Below, piece after piece: positions 27,049 through 36,901 of a stretch of DNA of 64,000 nt. The notes under the pieces were generated by a model. It was not told where the DNA came from. It saw only the letters and a program-made list of their open reading frames with translations, and did no database searches. Position numbers and translations under genes: made by a program. Positions within the stretch are counted from its first letter, which is position 1, and each line of letters starts with the position of its first letter. Source of the stretch: a bacterium (GTDB lineage: Bacteria > UBA8248); contig OZ242260.1 in NCBI GenBank assembly GCA_965207065.1, positions 3,328,001-3,392,000 of the forward strand. Reading direction: 5' to 3'.

Positions 27049-29790
27049 ATGACGCCATCTCTCAACCATTTATTAAAACTTCAAAACGATATTCGAGAAA
27101 CTACTCTTGCCGCCAGCGGGTGGGAACGAAGCGGATTTCTCCGTTACATCAAGGAGTCGTACGCACAGGCGGGCGAACATATATGCAATGCGCAGCATGA
27201 GGGCGCGGGTGGATACGAGTTGTGTAAAGCCCATGCGAATTTCATGGATGCTTATATTGCTCAAGTTTATGCGTACGCTTTGGAGGGAGAAAGGAGAAAA
27301 TCCGGCCAAGACGATCAGGCGTTTTCATGCACTCTGGTAGCGATTGGCGGATATGGGCGAGGGGAATTGTCTCCTGGCTCGGATATTGACCTGTTGTTTC
27401 TATTTTCAGGACATGAGGGACAAATCAGTGAATTGATACGCTCTGTCTTGTATCTGATGTGGGATGCAGGTCTAACGATAGGTCATAGCGCCAGAACCAT
27501 TTCTAATTGTCTGAAAATTGCCAAGGAAGATTACCAAAGCGAAACCGCCATGCTGGAGAATCGTTTATTGGCGGGCAGCAAAGAAGTTTTCCGTGAATTC
27601 AATAAAAAATTTGATAGTTATCTACAGCGTGTCGCGAAAAGTTCTCATCTTCGAAATCGCCTTGAAGAGCGAATGAGACGATACCGCTCATGGGACCCAT
27701 CGGTTTATGTACTGGAGCCGAACGTCAAGGAAAGCGCGGGGGGCTTGCGGGATTTCCATGCCGTCTGTTGGTTGGCCAAGGCTTTTGGCTTGAAGGAAAT
27801 AGACGAAATATGGCGCAAGGGCTGGGTGCCCCAAGCCGAGTTCGAAAAAGCGATGAAAGCGTATGATTTTCTCCTTCGGATCCGAGCCCAACTTCACATC
27901 CGCGCAAAAACTAAAAATGATATGCTGAATTTTCCGGCGCAAGCCGAGATCGCTCCCGCGTTGGGTTATGCAGACGAAGAAAGCGCTCTGGCCAGCGAGT
28001 GCTTGATGCGCGATTACTTCTTGCATGCCAGAGACCTGCACATTTTTTGCCGTGATTTTTTTGAAAGCCTAGAAGACCATCTGAAGAGCAGAAGATGGGT
28101 CAACAGAAAACCCAGGTTCCAACCCCTCGAAGATGGATTGGCTTTGCAGGACTACCATTCGCTCGTTCTGGATGAATCCAATTCTGAAGCAATCCTTGAA
28201 AATCCTACGGGCCTGATGAAGATCTTCGAGTGTCAATATCGCTTCGGGTGCCGTTTATCCCCGAACGTAAGGAACTTTGTTCGAGTCCACCTGGATACCG
28301 TCGATGATAATTTTCGCTCTTCGCCGGATGTAAGGGACAGCTTCTTGCGGATATTGAGCGGTAAGGCCGGGGTGACGACTACGATGCACGAAATGCACGG
28401 CCTCGGTCTGTTGGGGCGTTATATCCCTGAGTTTGAGCCTTTGACGTGTTTCGTCCAGTACGATCATTACCATCGATATACTGCAGATGAACATACTTTG
28501 TTGACCCTGGCGGCATTGGATGAGCTCACATATACGAAAGACGTGTCCTTGCAACAAGTGGCCCACATTCACCGAGAGATGGAGCGCACCAACATATTAA
28601 GGCTTGCGCTTTTGTTTCACGATATCGGAAAGGCTAGGGGGCCGAGGCATGTGCACAAGAGTTCATCCGCGCTCCCCGATATCATAATGCGCATGGGCCT
28701 GCCGGCGGACCAGGGGAGCATCATCGAATTTCTGGTGGCTTGCCATATTGAAATGAGCATTACGGCTGAAAGACGCGATATCGACGATCCTGTCCTGATC
28801 AGCAATTTCGCCGATAAAATGGAAACGGTCGAAAGGCTTCAAATGCTGTATCTATTGACGTATGCAGATATTTCTGCCGTAGCTCCCGGCATATGGAATG
28901 AATGGCGAAGCGCTTTAATTTATGAACTGTACAAGCGAGTGCTCAGGGTGATGGAAACCGGAGAGGATTTGTATAGGAGAAAGCGCAAGGGAGACATCAT
29001 AGAGCAGGTGAGTTTGGAAGCGAGAGCGGGAGGAAGCTGGGTAGATCGCGAGGATATCGTCGGACATATGGAATCTATGCCGGAAAGATATCGCACCGGG
29101 ACTTCGCCGCAAGGTATCCTGCGCCATATTGAGCTTGGTGCCCGCATTTCAGAAGAAACGATATGCGAGATAGATATCACGCATCGCAGGAGGCGGGGAC
29201 ATACGCTCTTAACGCTTTTCTGCAAGGATCAACTTGGATTGTTCGCGCTAGTCGCAGGCGCATTTGCAGTGTATGAACTCAATATTCTGGATGCGAAAGT
29301 ATATACGCGCGAAGATGGTTTGGTGATAGATACGTTTGAGGTAGTGGATGCCGATGGAAAGGCCGTCGTCGACGAAGGGCTATGGAAAAAATTCCGGAAA
29401 TCGCTGGAAGAATTACTATCGGGAAAACTGGGTTTGTCGGAATTCTTGGGACGGAGCAAAAAATATCTGCGCTTGAAGAAACGGATGTCGTTCGATCTAC
29501 CGATACTGGTCGAATTCGACCAGACGGCGAGTGAGGACGCGACAGTTCTGGAGGTCGTAGCGCCCGATAGATACGGCCTTCTGGCGCAAATCGCTCAATT
29601 TTTTGCGCAAGAAGGCATATCCATATCCCGTGCCAAAATTACCACGGAAGGCCAATGCGCTGTGGATGCTTTCTACATCACGGACGACAACGGTCGAAAA
29701 TTAGAAGATACGACCAGACTGAAGGAGTTGTGCGGAAATCTTAGCGAAATCCTGGAGGAAGGACGCCCGGTTGGCGTCATCATGTCATAA
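27049..29790 (+). CDS. glnD: [Protein-PII] uridylyltransferase / uridylyl-removing enzyme
   Basis: GGYGRGEL...SDIDLL NTase, EPNVKESAGGLRD, HRYTADEH and HDIGK HD domain, two C-terminal ACT domains. Confidence 0.95.
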   Translation: MTPSLNHLLKLQNDIRETTLAASGWERSGFLRYIKESYAQAGEHICNAQHEGAGGYELCKAHANFMDAYIAQVYAYALEGERRKSGQDDQAFSCTLVAIGGYGRGELSPGSDIDLLFLFSGHEGQISELIRSVLYLMWDAGLTIGHSARTISNCLKIAKEDYQSETAMLENRLLAGSKEVFREFNKKFDSYLQRVAKSSHLRNRLEERMRRYRSWDPSVYVLEPNVKESAGGLRDFHAVCWLAKAFGLKEIDEIWRKGWVPQAEFEKAMKAYDFLLRIRAQLHIRAKTKNDMLNFPAQAEIAPALGYADEESALASECLMRDYFLHARDLHIFCRDFFESLEDHLKSRRWVNRKPRFQPLEDGLALQDYHSLVLDESNSEAILENPTGLMKIFECQYRFGCRLSPNVRNFVRVHLDTVDDNFRSSPDVRDSFLRILSGKAGVTTTMHEMHGLGLLGRYIPEFEPLTCFVQYDHYHRYTADEHTLLTLAALDELTYTKDVSLQQVAHIHREMERTNILRLALLFHDIGKARGPRHVHKSSSALPDIIMRMGLPADQGSIIEFLVACHIEMSITAERRDIDDPVLISNFADKMETVERLQMLYLLTYADISAVAPGIWNEWRSALIYELYKRVLRVMETGEDLYRRKRKGDIIEQVSLEARAGGSWVDREDIVGHMESMPERYRTGTSPQGILRHIELGARISEETICEIDITHRRRRGHTLLTLFCKDQLGLFALVAGAFAVYELNILDAKVYTREDGLVIDTFEVVDADGKAVVDEGLWKKFRKSLEELLSGKLGLSEFLGRSKKYLRLKKRMSFDLPILVEFDQTASEDATVLEVVAPDRYGLLAQIAQFFAQEGISISRAKITTEGQCAVDAFYITDDNGRKLEDTTRLKELCGNLSEILEEGRPVGVIMS

Positions 29791-29872
29791 CAAAGCCTTA
29801 GGGGCTGAACAAATCCCGGTTTTGTGCGGATAATTTCTTACAAAACCACAATTCCGTATGGAGGAGTAACAG

Positions 29873-31285
29873 ATGGTTGCAGATGTCTTGAAGCTAGCTA
29901 AGGAAAGTGGCGCTAAAATAGTTGACTATCGTTTCATAGACATGCCTGGCATGTGGCAGCATTTCTCAGCGCACATCGATACGCTTGAGGAAGATACCTT
30001 CGAGGAAGGTGTTGGCTTCGACGGCTCGAGCATTCGGGGATTTCAAAGCATCGATCAAAGCGACATGCTCCTCATTCCGGATCCAACGACCGCTTTCATC
30101 GACCCGTTCATGAAAATTCCTACCCTGGTCCTTATCTGCGACATCAAGGATCCGGTTACGCTCGAGCTCTACGATCGCGACCCGCGGCATATCGCCATCA
30201 AAGCAGAGCAGTACATGAAGTCTACCGGTGTCGGGGATGTCGCTTATTTCGGTCCCGAAGCCGAGTTTTTCGTGTTCGACGATGTGCGCTATTCGGGTTC
30301 GGAAAATCACGCTTTCTACGAGGTCGATTCGTCTGAGGCTGCCTGGAACACAGGTGCTAACGAAGATCCGAACCTCGGCCACAAGAACCGCTACAAAGAA
30401 GGCTATTTCCCCGTACCCCCCAACGACACGCTCCAGGACGTCCGCTCGGAGATGATGCTGACAATGCTGGATTGTGGCGTCGAGTGTGAAGTGCATCATC
30501 ATGAAGTGGCCTCCGCCGGGCAATGTGAAATCGATATTCGATTCGACACCCTGGTGACAACGGCGGATAAGCTGATGAAGTACAAGTACATCGTCAAGAA
30601 CGTGGCGAGAAAGCACGGAAAGACGGCGACCTTCATGCCGAAACCCGTTTTCCTAGACAACGGCACCGGGATGCACTGCCACCAGAGCATCTGGAAGGAT
30701 GGCAAGAACATCATGTATCGCGCTGGAACTTATGGCGATCTGAGCCCTGACGCGCTTTACTACATCGGTGGCTTGTTGAAGCATGCGCCTGCGTTGTTGG
30801 CTTTCACCAACCCGACGACGAACAGCTACCGCCGCTTGGTTCCTGGCTATGAGGCGCCGATCAACTTGATCTATAGCTGCCGCAACAGGAGCGCGTGTGT
30901 ACGCATTCCAATGTATTCCTCAAGCGAGAAGGCCAAGAGGGTCGAATTCCGTTGCCCGGATCCCTCATGCAATCCCTATATGGCCTTCGCCGCGATGTTG
31001 ATGGCTGGTCTGGATGGTATTCAGAATAAAATCATGCCGCCCGAGCCAATCGACAAGAATCTCTACGATCTTGGTCCCGAAGAAAAAGGAAGCGTGCAAC
31101 AGACGCCTGGTAGCCTACCCGAAGCTCTGGACGCGCTTGAGGCTGACTATGAGTTCTTGTTGAATGGCGACGTGTTTACAAAGGATGTCATCGATAACTG
31201 GATCGAATACAAGCGTGAAGAGGAAGTGGATGCGATTCGCCTGCGCCCGCATCCCCACGAATTCCACCTCTACTATGACATTTAA
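29873..31285 (+). CDS. glnA: Type I glutamine synthetase
   Basis: [44 protein letters not shown] adenylylation site. Confidence 0.98.
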   Translation: MVADVLKLAKESGAKIVDYRFIDMPGMWQHFSAHIDTLEEDTFEEGVGFDGSSIRGFQSIDQSDMLLIPDPTTAFIDPFMKIPTLVLICDIKDPVTLELYDRDPRHIAIKAEQYMKSTGVGDVAYFGPEAEFFVFDDVRYSGSENHAFYEVDSSEAAWNTGANEDPNLGHKNRYKEGYFPVPPNDTLQDVRSEMMLTMLDCGVECEVHHHEVASAGQCEIDIRFDTLVTTADKLMKYKYIVKNVARKHGKTATFMPKPVFLDNGTGMHCHQSIWKDGKNIMYRAGTYGDLSPDALYYIGGLLKHAPALLAFTNPTTNSYRRLVPGYEAPINLIYSCRNRSACVRIPMYSSSEKAKRVEFRCPDPSCNPYMAFAAMLMAGLDGIQNKIMPPEPIDKNLYDLGPEEKGSVQQTPGSLPEALDALEADYEFLLNGDVFTKDVIDNWIEYKREEEVDAIRLRPHPHEFHLYYDI

Positions 31286-31321
31286 ATTTTGGTGTCACCG
31301 ATTCTGAGTTGCCGAGTATAG

Positions 31322-31361
31322 AAAACCCCCTCGAGTAGATTATTTCTCGAGGGGGTTTTTT
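31322..31361 (+). terminator. Rho-independent terminator after glnA
   Basis: AAAACCCCCTCGAG / CTCGAGGGGGTTTT stem followed by a T-run. Confidence 0.85.
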
Positions 31362-31430
31362 ATCGTATCGGAATAAATGTTTCATTTCAGACTTGTGCTG
31401 ATGGGTTTCCTTCTTTGCAAACAGGGATGT

Positions 31431-33551
31431 TTACTGGCTTCGTGCGATGAGCACGTCAGGAACGATAATCGCAAAAACATCGCGCGGACCATGCACACCT
31501 TTGATGAGAGTCAGAGCGATGTCGGCCGAACGACTAGGTCCCGTGATGATGTTCACGCAACTGGCCGAATGGCCTTCTTCTTGCTTGAATACGCTTTCGA
31601 GCTCAGGACCCAGTGAGGAAATATGCGGCAATATGTTATTTGCGGGAACAAGAGCCAGGTGAGTTTCCGGAAGTAAGGAATGAAGACGCGGATGGCCCGG
31701 TCCGCTCCGCAAGACGATGCTGCCTGTTTCCGCAATCGCCCAGTCGCAACCCGTGATCCCGATGCCGCAGCGGGCGATGGCATCTCGATTATCCCCGTCA
31801 ATCGATGGGGAAATCACGTCGAAACCTTCTTCCATGAGCCAACCGGCTACTTCAACCGGAAGGCCATCGCTGATGGCAACGGGGTATTCTTTCCATTTCG
31901 CCGCCATGTTAAGGACATATTCCCGGATGTCATCGATGGAACTTGGTTGTAGAGCGGGGTTCGCCACCGCTTCGAACTCTGTAGCGAAACGTACGACGGT
32001 GTCCGGGACGCTGATTTCCGGCAAGGGGCCATCGGGGCTATCAATATGGCCGTGTGATAATCCATGCGCCAATTCCAGGGCATGATGGGTTTTTTCGATT
32101 ATCGCATCCGGGCTGTCCGCTTGCGATACGCCATTAGCCGCTGAAGAGGAATCGACGCCCCTTCGTTTTTTTTCTCGCCAGCGCGTGCGGAAACTTTTTT
32201 TTGCGATTCTTGGAAGTTCGCGTCCCTGCGCCCACGCTCCCAGAGGTCCCGGTAGCCTTGCGGCAACTTTGGCGTTCAGGAATCTTGAGAAAACCGAACC
32301 CAACTTGAAACCCGTCTCCCAGACAAAGGGTTTGCGCATCACCATACCGAGCATGCGAAATGAAAATCTCTCCATTAGCGCGTTGTTTTTTTTGACCGTT
32401 CTCGCTTCTCTCATTTCCAGCAACATGCGAGGGATGTCTACAAATACGGGGCAGGCATCCATGCAGGCGCCGCATAGACTCGATGCAGCGGGAAGTTCTC
32501 CGGAAACGTCTAGACCGCGGAGCATCGGACTTAAGATCGACCCGATTGGTCCCCCGTATACGGAGTCGTATGTATGGCCTCCGACTGTTTGGAAAACCGG
32601 GCAGGCATTTTGGCAGGCCCCGCATCGGATACAATGAAATGCTTCCTGAAAAGGAGTTCCTAGATGCCTGGAGCGTCCTCCGTCCAGGAGCAAGAGATGA
32701 ACCTCATCGGGACCGTCAGCCTCGTTTTCTCTTCTTGGTCCGGTGAGCATGGTGAAATAACTGGTAAGTTTTTGACCCGTTGCGCTACGCGGGAGCACTG
32801 ACAGGAGTGTAAGCGTATCTCGTAACGTGGGCACTACTTTTTCGAACCCCATAATCGCCACGTGGACTTTGGGTAAAGTGGTGACGAGTCGTCCGTTCCC
32901 CTCGTTCGTAACGAGACAAAGGGTTCCGGATTCCGCTACGGCGAAATTCACGCCACTGATTCCCATGCCCGCCCGCAGAAATTCCGTTCTGAGTTTCTCA
33001 CGAGCGATTGACGTGAGTTCCTGGGGGTCAGAGCCGGCATTGGGGTCTACTTTTGCGCGGAAAAGGTCTTGCACCTGCTTCAACGTCTTATGTATGGCCG
33101 GCGCCACGAGGTGGCTCGGTGTCTCGTTGGCCAACTGGAGTATCCATTCGCCCAGGTCTGTTTCGTATGGGGTGATTCCCGCCGCCTCCAGCGCCTGATT
33201 CAGATGGATCTCCTCAGAAGCCATGGATTTGCTCTTGACGACCGTTTCGACATTGTGCTTGCGGGCGATTTCTAGGACGATTCGCTTTGCGGAATCCGCA
33301 TCGGGCGCAGAGTGAACATGCACGCCGAGATTCTGGAGGTTTGTGAATAAGGTTTCCAGATGCTTGTCGATCTCATCGAACGTTTTCCTGCGGATTTCCC
33401 TTGCTTTTGCCCTTAAGGCGAGCGGTGCCGCAGTCGATTCGAAGGCATGCGCGCGCTGGTTGGCGAATTTGCCTGTAGCCGCTTGAAGAGCATCCTGCAA
33501 AGGGATATTGACTAATGCGGAATTTGCGCGCTGATTGAAAGGTGAGCTCAA
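31431..33551 (-). CDS. lutB: Lactate utilisation LutB-LutC (LldF-LldG) fusion
   Basis: VKSKSMASEEI, ETDLGEW, PSHLVAPAIH, CIRCGACQNACP, SSLCGACMDACP; then a second LUD domain (AIAETGS...GPSRSADI...GVHGP). TTG start just after the lutA stop. Confidence 0.85.
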   Translation of the reverse strand: MSSPFNQRANSALVNIPLQDALQAATGKFANQRAHAFESTAAPLALRAKAREIRRKTFDEIDKHLETLFTNLQNLGVHVHSAPDADSAKRIVLEIARKHNVETVVKSKSMASEEIHLNQALEAAGITPYETDLGEWILQLANETPSHLVAPAIHKTLKQVQDLFRAKVDPNAGSDPQELTSIAREKLRTEFLRAGMGISGVNFAVAESGTLCLVTNEGNGRLVTTLPKVHVAIMGFEKVVPTLRDTLTLLSVLPRSATGQKLTSYFTMLTGPRRENEADGPDEVHLLLLDGGRSRHLGTPFQEAFHCIRCGACQNACPVFQTVGGHTYDSVYGGPIGSILSPMLRGLDVSGELPAASSLCGACMDACPVFVDIPRMLLEMREARTVKKNNALMERFSFRMLGMVMRKPFVWETGFKLGSVFSRFLNAKVAARLPGPLGAWAQGRELPRIAKKSFRTRWREKKRRGVDSSSAANGVSQADSPDAIIEKTHHALELAHGLSHGHIDSPDGPLPEISVPDTVVRFATEFEAVANPALQPSSIDDIREYVLNMAAKWKEYPVAISDGLPVEVAGWLMEEGFDVISPSIDGDNRDAIARCGIGITGCDWAIAETGSIVLRSGPGHPRLHSLLPETHLALVPANNILPHISSLGPELESVFKQEEGHSASCVNIITGPSRSADIALTLIKGVHGPRDVFAIIVPDVLIARSQ

Positions 33552-33553
33552 AG

Positions 33554-34324
33554 TTAATACCCCTCGGGCCAGCCCGGATTGTGTGGTCCAGCCAGGGCTT
33601 GTGCAATGTGGAGGAGTTTGATTTTCGATTTTCGCCTTGATAATCCACCCGCGATATTCAACATGCAGCCGGCGTCTGCTGCTACGAGCCAAGTCGCGTC
33701 TACTTCCTCGGCGGATTTGATCTTATCTTCAAGCATTGCGCACGAAACTTCTGGGAATTTTACGCAAAACGATCCACCGAACCCACAACAGCGATCACTG
33801 TTGGGCAACTCTTCGCGGTTTTCCGCTACGTGGTCGAGGCACTGGCGGGGCGTTTGGTTTTCTCCCAACCCACGGAGCAGGTGACAAGAGTCATGATAGA
33901 CGGTTTTACCGGGAAGTGTGGAACCGAATTCCCTCATCTCAATTTGGCACAGGAATTGGGACAACTCGATCACCCGCCCGGCGATTTGTGCCGCTTTTTC
34001 ACGCGCCCACGGGTCGTCTTGGAACAAGGTGGGCAAAACGCATTTGAGCATCCAGCCGCATGAACCGGAGGGGGCGATAATCGGAATGTCGCCCTCCAGT
34101 AGATGTAATTGGGTGTCGAGAGTTTTTCTTGCCTCTCCCCTGAAACCATTGTTGAAATGAGGAAGTCCGCAACAGGTGAGCCCTTCCGGAAAAATTACCT
34201 CGATATCTGCTTTCTCAAGCAAATGAACTGTGGCCTCACCGACTTCGGGAAAAAACTGGTCCACCAGGCAAGTGGCGAAGAACAAGACGCGCTTGGGTCG
34301 ATTATCAGGAGATTCAATATCCAT
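33554..34324 (-). CDS. lutA: Lactate utilisation protein LutA/LldE (CCG Fe-S protein)
   Basis: FATCLVD, TCCG, PSGSC, YHDSCH, CCGFGGSF, DAGC. Confidence 0.9.
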   Translation of the reverse strand: MDIESPDNRPKRVLFFATCLVDQFFPEVGEATVHLLEKADIEVIFPEGLTCCGLPHFNNGFRGEARKTLDTQLHLLEGDIPIIAPSGSCGWMLKCVLPTLFQDDPWAREKAAQIAGRVIELSQFLCQIEMREFGSTLPGKTVYHDSCHLLRGLGENQTPRQCLDHVAENREELPNSDRCCGFGGSFCVKFPEVSCAMLEDKIKSAEEVDATWLVAADAGCMLNIAGGLSRRKSKIKLLHIAQALAGPHNPGWPEGY

Positions 34325-34540
34325 GTCCGCTTTCCCGCTAAAGAGTACGTACAGCCTAACAAGAGCATATTATGCTGTTTTACAGCTTCAATTCAAATAA
34401 AGATTTAGGAGATTCCCGTTGAATGGACACTTCATAAATGTTAGCTTCCATACGGTGTCCGCAGAAAGCCAAGGGTAGCTTTCGCATCTTTATGGGAATT
34501 ATGGATATCCTTTTCATCGCCAAACCCCGGGGCAGGAAAG

Positions 34541-34882
34541 ATGTTTAGAGAAAAGCGCTACGTTTTGGTATGTACGAACGAGCGTGAGGCGGACCACCCC
34601 AAGGGAAGTTGCACCAACTGCGGTTCCTTGGAAGTCCGCGAGCGGATGAAATTACTTCTGGAAGAGAAAAATCTCAAAAGCCGTGCCCGCATACTGGCAA
34701 CGAGCTGCATGGATGTTTGCGAGAATGGAGCAGTTGTTTGTGTGATGCCTGACAACGTCTGGTACGGCGGCGTCAGGCCCGAGGATGCCGAAGAAATCGT
34801 GGAAAAACATTTGGAAAACGGAGAGCCCGTGCAACGGCTCCTGATACCCGAAGAGATGAGCGGGCTTTCGTTGTTCGGTTGA
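34541..34882 (+). CDS. Thioredoxin-like [2Fe-2S] ferredoxin
   Basis: VCTN...GSC...TSCMDVC...PDNVWYG...IVEKHL. Confidence 0.88.
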   Translation: MFREKRYVLVCTNEREADHPKGSCTNCGSLEVRERMKLLLEEKNLKSRARILATSCMDVCENGAVVCVMPDNVWYGGVRPEDAEEIVEKHLENGEPVQRLLIPEEMSGLSLFG

Positions 34883-34924
34883 TAATAGAAAGCTGGTATC
34901 GCTTGTAACTCCAGGAGCACTGAA

Positions 34925-36079
34925 ATGGATGTTCAGTTGAACGAGTTTCAGACCGCGCTGCAGAGCAGTGTCCGGCAATTCGTGAACCAGGAAGTCATAC
35001 CCGTCGCCAGCGAGTATGAGCATAAAGACGAATACCCGCATCCACTGGTCAATCGGATGAAGGAACTGGGGTATTTCGGTGCGCTCGTGCCGGAGTGCTA
35101 CGGCGGCAGCGATATGGATGCGATGAGCTTCACCGTTCTGACCGAAGAGTTGGCGCGGGGCTGGATGAGCCTGACGGGCGTGCTCGGCGGCCATTCGATG
35201 GTGGGATGGATGATCAACGAATTCGGCAACGACGAGCAGCGTCAGGAGTGGCTCCCGGAAGTGGCCGAGGGGAAAATGCGCTTCGGCATCGGCATCACCG
35301 AGGCGGATGGCGGCTCCGACGTCGCGGCTTTGAGAACGTCCGCCCGCCGGGAAGGGCAGGATTACATCGTCAACGGCGCCAAAATGTTCATTACCAACAG
35401 CGAGAACGCCACACATTTCGCAATCATGGCCCGCACGAACCCCAAAGCGGAAAAACCCACCCGGGGTATCAGCTGCATCCTCATGGACAGGAATCTGCCC
35501 GGTTTCAGCGCCAGCCGCCATCTGGACAAGATGGGCTATAAGGGCCTTCGGACGGGAGAACTGGTTTTTGATGATTGCCCGGTCCCGGCTTCGTACCTGA
35601 TCGGAGAGGAAAACAGGGGATTTCATCAGCTCATGGCGGCACTGGAATTGGGCCGTATTCAGGTGGCCGCCCGGGCGGTGGGGCTTCATGCCGCCTGTTT
35701 TGAGGATTCCATTAAATACGCCCAGCAGAGAAAGAGCATGGGCAAGCCCATCGCCGAGTATCAGGCCATCCAGATTAAACTCGCGGATATGGCCACATCC
35801 CTCGAAGCGGCCCGCCAGCTCACCTACCGCGCGGCGCGCATGAAAGACCAGGGCGTGCGGTGCGATCTCGAGGCCGGCATGGCGAAGCTCTTCGCCTCCG
35901 ACGCCTGCCAGCGGGCGTCCGAGGCGGCCATTCACATTCACGGGGGGTACGGCTACATCAAGGAGCTGCCGGTCGAGCGCTATTACCGCGACTCCATTCT
36001 CCTGCAGGTGGGGGAGGGCACGAATGACATCCAGCGCATCGTCATTGCGAAGCGCCTGGTGGAGAAATACCCCGCTTGA
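34925..36079 (+). CDS. Acyl-CoA dehydrogenase
   Basis: ITEADGGSD, NGAKMFITN, KMGYKG, GMAKLFAS, IHGGYGY, GEGTNDIQR. Confidence 0.95.
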   Translation: MDVQLNEFQTALQSSVRQFVNQEVIPVASEYEHKDEYPHPLVNRMKELGYFGALVPECYGGSDMDAMSFTVLTEELARGWMSLTGVLGGHSMVGWMINEFGNDEQRQEWLPEVAEGKMRFGIGITEADGGSDVAALRTSARREGQDYIVNGAKMFITNSENATHFAIMARTNPKAEKPTRGISCILMDRNLPGFSASRHLDKMGYKGLRTGELVFDDCPVPASYLIGEENRGFHQLMAALELGRIQVAARAVGLHAACFEDSIKYAQQRKSMGKPIAEYQAIQIKLADMATSLEAARQLTYRAARMKDQGVRCDLEAGMAKLFASDACQRASEAAIHIHGGYGYIKELPVERYYRDSILLQVGEGTNDIQRIVIAKRLVEKYPA

Positions 36080-36901
36080 ATTTTACATAACCCTTGAACT
36101 TTTTTTACCCCGAATTGCCCTGGAAACGGGCGTCTGAAATCCGTAACCCGTTGAATATGCTTTAGTAAAAAGTCCCGAAATTTTCCGGTAATTTATCGAA
36201 AAACCCCGTGAATTTATCGATATTTATCGAATTGTTCAGGCCGGATGCGCGTGGGGAGCGAGCGTCTGCGGCAGGGCGGCGAGCGCGATTCGACAAGCGA
36301 TACGGGTGGCGCCGCCGGGTGAGAGAGCGCCGGCCAGGAAGTGGAGTTTGCGCCTCCCCGAAGAGGGGAAGTTCGCGCCGCCCGATCCGGATCGTCCGTT
36401 CCATTGATTCCTTTCCTGTCATCGCCGTGCTCCTCCATTTTCCGCGCGGGGATTCTCGCGCATCTCACCCGAAACGCATTAGCGGCAATTGCGGGGAAAT
36501 GCGCGCCCTCTCGACCGGGGAGGCGGAGAGCGGGGTCGTCCTCCGGGCGTGCCCGGGTATTCGTTTGCGAGGGGCATTTTCGGCCGGACGCGAAGAATCG
36601 TGATTTTGAAGGATGATCTTCTTCCGTGCTGCATCCTTCCCGCATCGTTTATGGGCGACCGTATGGGGCGCATATGGGGCTGTTGAAAAAACCCTGATTC
36701 TGTGATTCGCTGATGGGTCTTTTGCGCTTGGGAGGAGGTCGCGAGATGTTGGGACGCAAGAACTGCGGCCAATCGGCAACACCGGGGCGAGCATCGATGC
36801 CGGGAGAGGCGGGCAGGGCGGCTTCCGAAGAGCTTCAGGCCACTTCCGGCAACTTCATTCCGGTCGGCGGAAGTACTGGTGATCGTCCAACGAGCGGACC
36901 G

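Noticed and set aside
36078-36107. dif-like site (minus-strand TTATGTAAAAT resembles a XerD arm)
   Set aside because: There is no XerC arm at the 6-bp spacing; it is more like an AT-rich or IHF-type site.
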